DNA of 58,434 bases, taken from assembly GCA_036012565.1 (NCBI GenBank), contig DASCPP010000111.1, forward strand, positions 1 through 58,434, in the 5' to 3' direction. This DNA comes from Flavobacteriales bacterium. GTDB lineage: Bacteria > Bacteroidota > Bacteroidia > Flavobacteriales > BACL11. The position numbers and the translations under genes were made by a program. Below, piece after piece: positions 10,078 to 17,310 of this stretch (positions are counted from its first letter, which is position 1; every line of letters begins with the position of its first letter). The notes under the pieces were generated by a model that was not told the origin of the DNA, ran no database searches, and saw only the letters and a program-made list of their open reading frames with translations.

Positions 10078-11481
10078 TTATTTCTTGTTATCCCCAAAGG
10101 GGTTTGAAAAGTGCAAAAATATACCTTTTTCTCCTAATCCGTTAATTCCGAACTCAATTCTTAGTAATTTGTCGTAATAAGTAACATAATCTAAGCTGAT
10201 TCCTTTACCAAAAAGCAGGCTATTTGCTAAATGGTTTTCAGTGTTAGTCTGCTTATCAATTACATAACCAACATCTGCAAAAACGGACACATACAAAGAG
10301 AAATGAGATTTTTTGAATTGAGACATTTTAATATAAGGTAAATCAAATTTCCTTTTCCCAATGAGTTGATATTTTATGGCAGTTTTACTAAGCCATAAGT
10401 GTTGTCCATCAATAACATAATATTCGTAGGTACGCACATAATCACCATATCCTAATCCTTCTTGGGCAAAATAGGGCTGATAACCATTAGAAGAAACTTT
10501 TGCTTTAAAACTAGAGCCAATATAGAGTCGCTTAATAGGATTAAGGTGTTTTTCTGCTTTTCCTGCCACTTCAAGATAATTTACAGGACTTGAACCGGCA
10601 AAGTTTTTTGTAATCTCAAAATGTAAATAATGCCCATGCAAAGGATATGTAATATAGTCTCTTTGCTCGTTAGCAAATTGATATGTTGCCTTAAAATAAT
10701 CTCCATTTTTTTTATCATTTCTTAAATAATTAGAATTATTTTCCTTAATAAAATCGGCAATGTTCGTATTATAATAATGTAATTCTAATTTGTGTTTGTG
10801 GCGCGTATCCTTTCTATATAAGACATCCAATTCTAATTCAAAATCTTTTGTAGTATACTGCTCTCCATTTTCATAATAAAGCAATTTATTATCTATAGTT
10901 TTATAAAATGATTTCTTTCTTCTGAAAAGTTGAGCAAATGCATTTACACCTAATGTTTTCTTTTCATTGAAATATGGGATTTCGTAATTGAACAAATAAT
11001 GCTCTTTAAAACCTCTTCTATATTTTATTTTTAGCAATTCATTCCTACCCCTAAAATTTTCCAAAACTAAAAACACACCATAATTTACTCTTGAGAAATC
11101 GGAATAATTATTGGCTTTAAACTCATCCCACCACACATTAAAGTTTCGTTCTGAAAGCTCAAAAATTGGATAAGGCCATATATACCACCTCTCCACTACA
11201 TTAACGACAATATTTGCTTTGTCATCTTTAATTTCAGATTGAATTTCAGCAAAGTTGAAAAGGGTAAGATTGCTTAGGTTCTCTTCACTTTCTTTCATTT
11301 TTTTCTCTAGCGATTCTCTTGATAAAGAGGTTTCGGTTTCAAATGTAAGTTCTCTTAAGATTACAGCATCTTTAGTAACTTTATTTCCATTTATTTCAAT
11401 AGAGGAGATTTTAATTTCTTTTTGAGAAAAACTAAGAAAGGAAAGGATAAGAAAAAGAAAAAGAAATACTATTTTCCTCAT
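10078..11481 (-). CDS. Omp85-superfamily outer membrane protein with a single N-terminal POTRA-like domain
   Basis: 467 aa. Signal peptide, then a POTRA-like segment (IKISSIEINGNKVTKDAVILREL...ANIVVNVVER), then a long Y/F/G-rich beta-barrel region. Confidence 0.65.
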   Translation of the reverse strand: MRKIVFLFLFLILSFLSFSQKEIKISSIEINGNKVTKDAVILRELTFETETSLSRESLEKKMKESEENLSNLTLFNFAEIQSEIKDDKANIVVNVVERWYIWPYPIFELSERNFNVWWDEFKANNYSDFSRVNYGVFLVLENFRGRNELLKIKYRRGFKEHYLFNYEIPYFNEKKTLGVNAFAQLFRRKKSFYKTIDNKLLYYENGEQYTTKDFELELDVLYRKDTRHKHKLELHYYNTNIADFIKENNSNYLRNDKKNGDYFKATYQFANEQRDYITYPLHGHYLHFEITKNFAGSSPVNYLEVAGKAEKHLNPIKRLYIGSSFKAKVSSNGYQPYFAQEGLGYGDYVRTYEYYVIDGQHLWLSKTAIKYQLIGKRKFDLPYIKMSQFKKSHFSLYVSVFADVGYVIDKQTNTENHLANSLLFGKGISLDYVTYYDKLLRIEFGINGLGEKGIFLHFSNPFGDNKK

Positions 11482-11483
11482 TT

Positions 11484-12146
11484 TTATGGATTCAAATAAC
11501 GCATTAAGGACTCATATCTTTGCATAAAATCCTCTTGCGAACTGCTTTCATGATAAGATGCCATTATCTTATATTCAAAGCGTTCAAAATCTTTTAAAAT
11601 TGAACTGATATCGGTTACATTTACCTTAATGGTAAGTTCCATTTTTGTAGAATCAGGAGTAGAAGTAATATTTGAACTTAATATTTTTGCATCATTAGAT
11701 TCAATAACTCTAGCAATTTCACTCATGGAATAATTGTTTTGGTTCATTTCTAACACAAAAATACCACCAATATTTTGTACAGCAGAACTTTTTGCAATAG
11801 TGTACAAAAGTTTACGATTACTAATAGCTCCCATATATTTTTTCTCTTCTGACAAAACCGTAACAACACTTAAACTGTTTTCTTCTAAAACCTCAATAAT
11901 ATCAAAGAGATGCTGATTTCCAACTACATAAGGAGCAGCTAAATTGCTAAGATGTTGCTCTATGAGTTCATCTGTTGAGTCCCATTCCAAGATTTCATTT
12001 TCTGATATACTCCCTAAATAAAACTGATTTCGCACCACCGGCAAATGACTTACTCTTAAATCATCCATAAGTTTTAAAGCTCTTTCTCCATCATCATCAG
12101 GATGAAGCGAAATAATGGAAGAAGAAATAAGTTCGCTTGCTTGCAT
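11484..12146 (-). CDS. CBS domain-pair protein
   Basis: 220 aa. Two CBS-like repeats (..LMDDLRVSHLPVV.., ..SLSVVTVLSEEKKYMGAIS..) plus a small C-terminal domain. Confidence 0.75.
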   Translation of the reverse strand: MQASELISSSIISLHPDDDGERALKLMDDLRVSHLPVVRNQFYLGSISENEILEWDSTDELIEQHLSNLAAPYVVGNQHLFDIIEVLEENSLSVVTVLSEEKKYMGAISNRKLLYTIAKSSAVQNIGGIFVLEMNQNNYSMSEIARVIESNDAKILSSNITSTPDSTKMELTIKVNVTDISSILKDFERFEYKIMASYHESSSQEDFMQRYESLMRYLNP

Positions 12147-12150
12147 GGGG

Positions 12151-12158
12151 CAAACATA
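12151..12158 (-). promoter_or_regulatory. Bacteroidetes-type -7 promoter box for the CBS/nadK/bamA operon
   Basis: The minus strand reads TATGTTTG (TAnnTTTG), followed by CCCC and the ATG at 12146. Confidence 0.6.
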
Positions 12159-12166
12159 CTATTTTT

Positions 12167-12174
12167 TACTTTTG
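12167..12174 (+). promoter_or_regulatory. Bacteroidetes-type -7 promoter box for pdxJ
   Basis: TACTTTTG, followed by 6 nt and the ATG at 12181. Confidence 0.6.
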
Positions 12175-12180
12175 TAGCCC

Positions 12181-12891
12181 ATGCTAAATTTAAGCGTAAA
12201 TATCAATAAGATAGCTACTATCCGAAATGCAAGAGGAGGAAGTTCTCCAAGTGTGGTTGAAGCAGCTATTAATTGTCAGAAATTTGGAGCAGATGGGATT
12301 ACTATTCATCCAAGGCAAGATGAAAGGCATATTACTAGGAAAGATGTTTATGATATAAAACCAATTATAACTACTGAGTTTAATATAGAGGGTTATCCAT
12401 CAGAAGATTTTATAGAAATGGTATTGGAAGTAAAACCAGAACAAGTTACTTTGGTACCTGATGGGCCAGATGTAATTACTTCCTGTGCTGGTTGGGATAC
12501 AATTAAATTTAAGGATTATCTGAAAGAAATAATTAGTGTTTTAAAGGAAAACGGAATCAGAACTTCTGTTTTTGTAGATCCTAGAATAGATATGATTGAG
12601 GGGGCAAAAAATTGTGGAACAGATAGGATAGAGCTTTACACAGAAGATTATGCTACAAATTATACTGAGGATAAAGAAAAAGCAATTGCACCATATGTAG
12701 AGGCTGCTAAAAAGGCAATAGAATTAGGGTTTGAGATAAATGCAGGACATGATTTGAGTTTAGAGAATTTGGAGTATTTTGCTAACGAAATTCCAGATTT
12801 AGCAGAAGTTTCTATTGGTCATGCGCTTATAAGTGATGCTCTTTATTTAGGATTGGAAAACACCATACAAATGTATAAACGACTTTTATAA
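12181..12891 (+). CDS. pdxJ: Pyridoxine 5'-phosphate synthase
   Basis: N-terminus LSVNINKIATIRNARG, and later motifs ITIHPRQDERHI and NAGHDL. Length 236 aa. Confidence 0.93.
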   Translation: MLNLSVNINKIATIRNARGGSSPSVVEAAINCQKFGADGITIHPRQDERHITRKDVYDIKPIITTEFNIEGYPSEDFIEMVLEVKPEQVTLVPDGPDVITSCAGWDTIKFKDYLKEIISVLKENGIRTSVFVDPRIDMIEGAKNCGTDRIELYTEDYATNYTEDKEKAIAPYVEAAKKAIELGFEINAGHDLSLENLEYFANEIPDLAEVSIGHALISDALYLGLENTIQMYKRLL

Positions 12892-13662
12892 GTGAAACTT
12901 TTTTCGGAAATACATGGTGAAAAAGGGCAGGATTTAATTGTAATTCATGGACTGTTTGGAATGGGATATAATTGGAATACGCTTGGCAAACAGTTTTCAA
13001 AATACTGCAAGGTTCATTTGATAGATTTAAGAAATCATGGAAGATCGCCTCACTCAACTGATTTTAATTATGATGTGATGTGTGAGGATGTTTTGGAATA
13101 TATGAAGGATCATAATATTCAAAAACCAATACTATTAGGACATTCTTTGGGCGGTAAAGTAGCTATGAAATTTGCTTTTACATATCCTGAAAAAACAGAA
13201 AAACTAATAGTGGCAGATATTGTTCCTAGAAAATACAACACTGACTTTCATCAGAACTTACTTTCTACTTTATATAAATTGCCTTTGGAAGATTTTGAAA
13301 AAAGAGATGAGGTGGATAAAGCTTTTTCTTTATGTGTAGAGAATCAAGGAGTCAGAAGGTTTTTGTTAAAGAACCTTTACAGAAATAAAGAGAAGAAGTT
13401 TTCTTGGAGATTTAATATAGATGTTTTATTAAAGGAACTAAGTACTATACAAGAATCATACATTATAGATGGAGTTTGTGATATACCTACACATTTTATA
13501 AAAGGAGGGAAATCTGACCATATCAATTCTAATGATGAGCTTCTTATTAAGAAACATTTTTCAGATTTTAGTATAGCCACTATTGATGGTGCAGGACACT
13601 GGTTGCATGCAGAAGAGCCAGAGAAATTCTATAATGAGGTTATGGGGTTCTGTTTAATGTAA
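12892..13662 (+). CDS. Alpha/beta-fold hydrolase
   Basis: HGLFG oxyanion motif, nucleophile elbow GHSLGG and a late GHW(L)H motif. GTG start immediately after the pdxJ stop. Confidence 0.85.
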   Translation: MKLFSEIHGEKGQDLIVIHGLFGMGYNWNTLGKQFSKYCKVHLIDLRNHGRSPHSTDFNYDVMCEDVLEYMKDHNIQKPILLGHSLGGKVAMKFAFTYPEKTEKLIVADIVPRKYNTDFHQNLLSTLYKLPLEDFEKRDEVDKAFSLCVENQGVRRFLLKNLYRNKEKKFSWRFNIDVLLKELSTIQESYIIDGVCDIPTHFIKGGKSDHINSNDELLIKKHFSDFSIATIDGAGHWLHAEEPEKFYNEVMGFCLM

Positions 13663-13749
13663 ATAAAGTAAGAAATTTAACTAAGTCGGTTACTGTAGAG
13701 TAACTATTGTGTGACATGAGATTATAGGGTTTCTTTACAATCGACTTCA

Positions 13750-14163
13750 TTACCATTTTACAAAATGCTTAGTTTCAATTAAGTAACTGTCTTTGTAGTA
13801 TTTTTCACACCTTTTCTGTCCGTTTTCGAAATAGTAAGAAAATTTTCCGTCTCTTTTACCATTTTTATAACATTCTACAGATTTTATTTGACCATTATCC
13901 CAATATTTCTTTTTTGTTTTATTATCTGTAGATTTGGTTATTTTGTAGTGAGTCTCTTGCCCACCATTAGGACTATGGTATTTTGTTTTCTTAACATTTT
14001 CTAATTCAGAATGTTTAATACAATATGTACTAACTGACTTTTTATTTTTTAAATAAAAAAGTTCTTTATAGTCTTCTTTTTCATACTTATGGAGTTTAAG
14101 TTTTGTGTCAATAATATTTCCTTCATTAAAGAAGAATGATATACTAAAAAGAATTTCTAACAT
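13750..14163 (-). CDS. MORN-repeat-variant (YwqK-like) protein
   Basis: 137 aa. C-terminal repeats YWDNGQIKSVECYKNGKRDGKFSYYFENGQKRCEKYY match the MORN-variant pattern. Confidence 0.6.
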   Translation of the reverse strand: MLEILFSISFFFNEGNIIDTKLKLHKYEKEDYKELFYLKNKKSVSTYCIKHSELENVKKTKYHSPNGGQETHYKITKSTDNKTKKKYWDNGQIKSVECYKNGKRDGKFSYYFENGQKRCEKYYKDSYLIETKHFVKW

Positions 14164-14167
14164 ATAA

Positions 14168-14175
14168 CAAACTTA
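14168..14175 (-). promoter_or_regulatory. Bacteroidetes-type -7 promoter box for the MORN gene
   Basis: The minus strand reads TAAGTTTG, followed by TTAT and the ATG at 14163. Confidence 0.55.
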
Positions 14176-14288
14176 AGAATATTCAAATAACTGAAAATCC
14201 ATATCATTTATCCTGTTTTTGAATTTTCTATTGATTCTCTTTTCACGTATTTTACCATTCTTGTAAATACTGAATATGTAATTTGGTT

Positions 14289-15212
14289 TTAGAATCTGAT
14301 AACCTGACCTTCTTTTGCAAAATTAAATCCTTTTTTAATTACTTCTTTTTGAGCATTACTTCCTTCTTGTAACAATGGATTAGTATGGTTACAATGTATA
14401 AAATGTACTTTTTGTTTGTCTGTTTCGGATAGATTAGAAAACAGACCCATACTCTCTTCTACAAAAGGGTGAGGTATTTCACTCATATCTCTTTTTAATT
14501 CTCCATTTTTGTAAAAAGTAGCATCCAAAAAGGCATAATCTACTTTTTTAATAAGTTCAGTAATATCTGTTTCCCACTGTTCCCATTTATCAATGTCTGG
14601 AATAAAAATTAAGGATTTGTTATTTGCTTTTATTTTATAACCAACGGTTTCGGAGTATTCATCTCTGTGAGGAACTAAAAAAGGAGTTACACTTATTCTC
14701 TGGTTCAATTCAATGGCAGAATCATTTCTTAATAATTTCAATTTTATATTTTCAATCTTTACAAGCTGATCCCAAGGGGCATTGGTTTTTATAAAATTTT
14801 GCATTCTTTCCATGCAATAAACAGGTAAATTATTGCAGCCCATTACTTCTCTACCAAAGTGCATCAGCCCGGTATAATGCCCCATATGTGCATGAGTAAT
14901 AAATACACCACTAAGCGGATTTATTCCTGATTTTTTTTCTAATAATTGCAGTTGGAATTTCACATCAGGAGTGGCATCAAAAATCCATTGTTCCTTACTT
15001 ATAGGGTCCACTAGAGCCAAGCAACTTACATTTTTTCTTTTTGCAGGATCTTCCCATGCATCTTTACAACAATCTTTGTTGCATCCTGCTTGCGGATAGC
15101 CTGCGTCTTGGGCTACTCCAAGCACTACAACATATGGGGTTTTTTCATTTTTTTTCATTGATTTATTGCACGCTAAAGTGGCTAATATAATAATTGTTAA
15201 AAATACTCTCAT
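14289..15212 (-). CDS. PqqB-like metallo-beta-lactamase-fold protein, probable lipoprotein
   Basis: N-terminus LGVAQDAGYPQAGCNKDCC...ATPDVKFQL, HAHMGH(Y) metal motif and C-terminus DATFY...HFIHCNHTNPLL resemble PqqB by eye. Leader MRVFLTIIILATLAC. ATGA overlap with the upstream GNAT gene. Confidence 0.7.
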   Translation of the reverse strand: MRVFLTIIILATLACNKSMKKNEKTPYVVVLGVAQDAGYPQAGCNKDCCKDAWEDPAKRKNVSCLALVDPISKEQWIFDATPDVKFQLQLLEKKSGINPLSGVFITHAHMGHYTGLMHFGREVMGCNNLPVYCMERMQNFIKTNAPWDQLVKIENIKLKLLRNDSAIELNQRISVTPFLVPHRDEYSETVGYKIKANNKSLIFIPDIDKWEQWETDITELIKKVDYAFLDATFYKNGELKRDMSEIPHPFVEESMGLFSNLSETDKQKVHFIHCNHTNPLLQEGSNAQKEVIKKGFNFAKEGQVIRF

Positions 15213-15712
15213 TGTATGATTTTCTCAAAACAATAATACTCATTTTTATCGAGCTTCAAATAGATGGCTCCTAATTCTCTATATCCTAATCTTATATAAA
15301 ATTCCATGGCTTTCGGATTTCCTGAATATGTATCTAACCGTATGGATTTCAAATCTTTTTCCATTACCAATTTTTCAGTAAATATCATTAAATCTTTACC
15401 AATTCCATCACCCCAATTTTTCTCTTTAACCCCCAATCTGTGAACCACTAAGAACTGATTGGAAATATCTTGCCAATTAACATCTAAATAAGTTGGATCC
15501 TGATTTTGATCTATGTTTATTCCGCCTATTATTTCTCTTTTTTCTTCCGCAACATAATAGGTTTGATTTTCTAAATCTTGAGTGATTGTTTCAGTATCAG
15601 GATAAGTGTTATCCCATTGGTCAATTCCGCTTTTTATCATTCCTGCAACACAAGATTTATACATCTTCATGATGTTGTCTAAATCTGATATTTGTGCTTT
15701 GCGTATTTTCAT
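15209..15712 (-). CDS. GNAT-family N-acetyltransferase
   Basis: 167 aa. Typical GNAT core (..VHRLGVKEKNWGDGIGKDLM.. acetyl-CoA loop, ..FYIRLGY..). ATGA overlaps at both ends. Confidence 0.85.
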   Translation of the reverse strand: MKIRKAQISDLDNIMKMYKSCVAGMIKSGIDQWDNTYPDTETITQDLENQTYYVAEEKREIIGGINIDQNQDPTYLDVNWQDISNQFLVVHRLGVKEKNWGDGIGKDLMIFTEKLVMEKDLKSIRLDTYSGNPKAMEFYIRLGYRELGAIYLKLDKNEYYCFEKIIQ

Positions 15713-16704
15713 TCTACAAGCAAATTACAACCTCTTACATCCGAATTATCAAATCTTCCAAGGACCGAAAAAGAATTATCATCAAATGTTTTTCCTAGAT
15801 CTTGTGTGGCAATAAAAGGGCAGGAGTATATGTTGGCTAAATCAATTACATTGATGCCTCCTGTCTTATTATTTTCTAAAATTGTCAATGGGTCATTTAC
15901 ATCTCTAATTAAAATCTTTTTCCATGGTGGAGAGGAAAAAATCCCCTTTCCTTTCGAATAACTTTGCGAAAGCAATTCAGTCATTCCGTACTCAGAATGT
16001 ATATTATCTAATGAAAATGCATTTTGCAATATTTTGTGAAGTTCTTCTTTTAAGTATTCTCTGCGTTTCCCTTTAGTGCCACCGGTTTCCATAATGATTG
16101 TGTGTTCTAACTTTTGCGGAAATTGCTCAGCCAAATCCAGAAGTGCATAACTCACGCCAATCAAGATTGTTTTTTGCCCTTCTTTTTCTAATTGCGAAAT
16201 AGTCTCTGCTAATTTTTCATAATCGTTTAGATAAGAACTACTTTTTGGGTGTGAAGATTTTTTCATCAAATCATCTGCCATATAAATAAGGGAAGATCCT
16301 TCTCTTTCACAATAATTTGGTAAAAGAGAAAGTATACAATATTCAGAAATATTTCCATAAAAAAGCTCAAATGATTTTAGGAATGAATCTTTATAAATCG
16401 AAACATCAGAAACCAAATGTTTGCTTTGTTCTCCTTTAGTTCCGCTACTGATAAAAATTTCTTCTATCCCTCTTCCTTTGCAAATAAGCTGCTCTTTCTT
16501 AAAGAAATCAATAGGCAAAAAAGGTATTTTTAAAATATTATTAGGCGTTTCTCCTTTTAAAATTAGTGATGCATAAGGAGCATAAATAGGATTATTCTCC
16601 ATTTGAAAATGAAAAAGTTCTAATGCTAAATTCTCAAATTCTCCATCATTTAATGAATTAAAAATTTTACCTTTGACTTGCTCAATATTTTCAAATGAAA
16701 GCAT
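15709..16704 (-). CDS. LuxE-like acyl-protein synthetase / adenylate-forming enzyme
   Basis: About 331 aa. SSGTKGEQSKH adenylation-type loop, METGGTKG and a C-terminal RGCN region, typical of the LuxE-like proteins of Bacteroidetes. ATG at 16704 chosen because the ORF-track TTG lies inside a -7 box. Confidence 0.65.
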   Translation of the reverse strand: MLSFENIEQVKGKIFNSLNDGEFENLALELFHFQMENNPIYAPYASLILKGETPNNILKIPFLPIDFFKKEQLICKGRGIEEIFISSGTKGEQSKHLVSDVSIYKDSFLKSFELFYGNISEYCILSLLPNYCEREGSSLIYMADDLMKKSSHPKSSSYLNDYEKLAETISQLEKEGQKTILIGVSYALLDLAEQFPQKLEHTIIMETGGTKGKRREYLKEELHKILQNAFSLDNIHSEYGMTELLSQSYSKGKGIFSSPPWKKILIRDVNDPLTILENNKTGGINVIDLANIYSCPFIATQDLGKTFDDNSFSVLGRFDNSDVRGCNLLVE

Positions 16705-17180
16705 TTTCAAAAATAGTATTTATTCTTGTACTAGTTCCCGTTTTATTTGCCTGTAAAAAAAACGAAAATTTTTCTGATATTCCTTATTTAGAATTTACAG
16801 GATATACAATAAAAGATAGTGTTGATGCTCTTGGTAATCTTACAAAGATTTTCGAATTGCATCTTTATTTTACGGATGGAGATGGAGATATTGGGCTTTT
16901 TGATGAGGATACTATTCCTCCTTTTGATTACAACCTTTTCGTTAATTATTTTGAAATGTATAACGATAGTTCACAGCAAATAAATGTTACTCCTCCTTAT
17001 CATATTCGAATTCCGAACTTAACTCCCACAGGACAAAATAAATCATTAAAAGTGGATGTAAAATATGATGTGGATATTACTTACAGAAATTCAGATACTA
17101 TCAAATTTGAACTGAAACTTTTTGATAGAGCCCTTAATGAAAGTGAGTGGGTAAGTAGTGGGGTAATTTTCATCAATTAA
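16695..17180 (+). CDS. Small lipoprotein of unknown function
   Basis: 161 aa. Lipoprotein leader MKAFSKIVFILVLVPVLFAC and an acidic DGDGDIGLFDED loop. No family recognised. Confidence 0.6.
   Translation: MKAFSKIVFILVLVPVLFACKKNENFSDIPYLEFTGYTIKDSVDALGNLTKIFELHLYFTDGDGDIGLFDEDTIPPFDYNLFVNYFEMYNDSSQQINVTPPYHIRIPNLTPTGQNKSLKVDVKYDVDITYRNSDTIKFELKLFDRALNESEWVSSGVIFIN
16708..16715 (-). promoter_or_regulatory. Bacteroidetes-type -7 promoter box for the LuxE-like/GNAT/PqqB-like operon
   Basis: The minus strand reads TATTTTTG, followed by AAA and the ATG at 16704. It lies inside the coding sequence of the divergent lipoprotein gene. Confidence 0.55.
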
Positions 17181-17197
17181 ATATAACCTATTAATCT

Positions 17198-17231
17198 TTT
17201 ATTGAATATGCTATATAGCATATTCAATAAA
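17198..17231. promoter_or_regulatory. 34-bp perfect palindrome, candidate operator (or AT-rich hairpin) upstream of the RND operon
   Basis: TTTATTGAATATGCTAT|ATAGCATATTCAATAAA. All 17 arm positions were verified base by base. Flanked by 11-bp direct repeats AACCTATTAAT at 17185-17195 and 17249-17259. Confidence 0.5.
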
Positions 17232-17310
17232 GCCTTATTCTTGCAAAAAACCTATTAATACATCTTATGGTAAAAATGAGTCAAGCTATCAATTTAACAA
17301 TTCGCTAAGA

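Noticed and set aside
13689-13704. A GTTAC-TGTAGA-GTAAC hairpin between the convergent hydrolase and MORN genes.
   Set aside because: The stem is only 5 bp and there is no U-tract, so it is too weak to call a terminator.
14164-14288. A short minus-strand frame between the PqqB-like gene and the MORN gene, reading ...YIFSIYKNGKIREKRINRKFKNRINDMDFQLFEYS. The YKNGK hints at a MORN-repeat remnant.
   Set aside because: It is only about 37 codons with no start codon, and the similarity rests on one 5-residue motif in AT-rich sequence. It cannot be distinguished from chance without a search.
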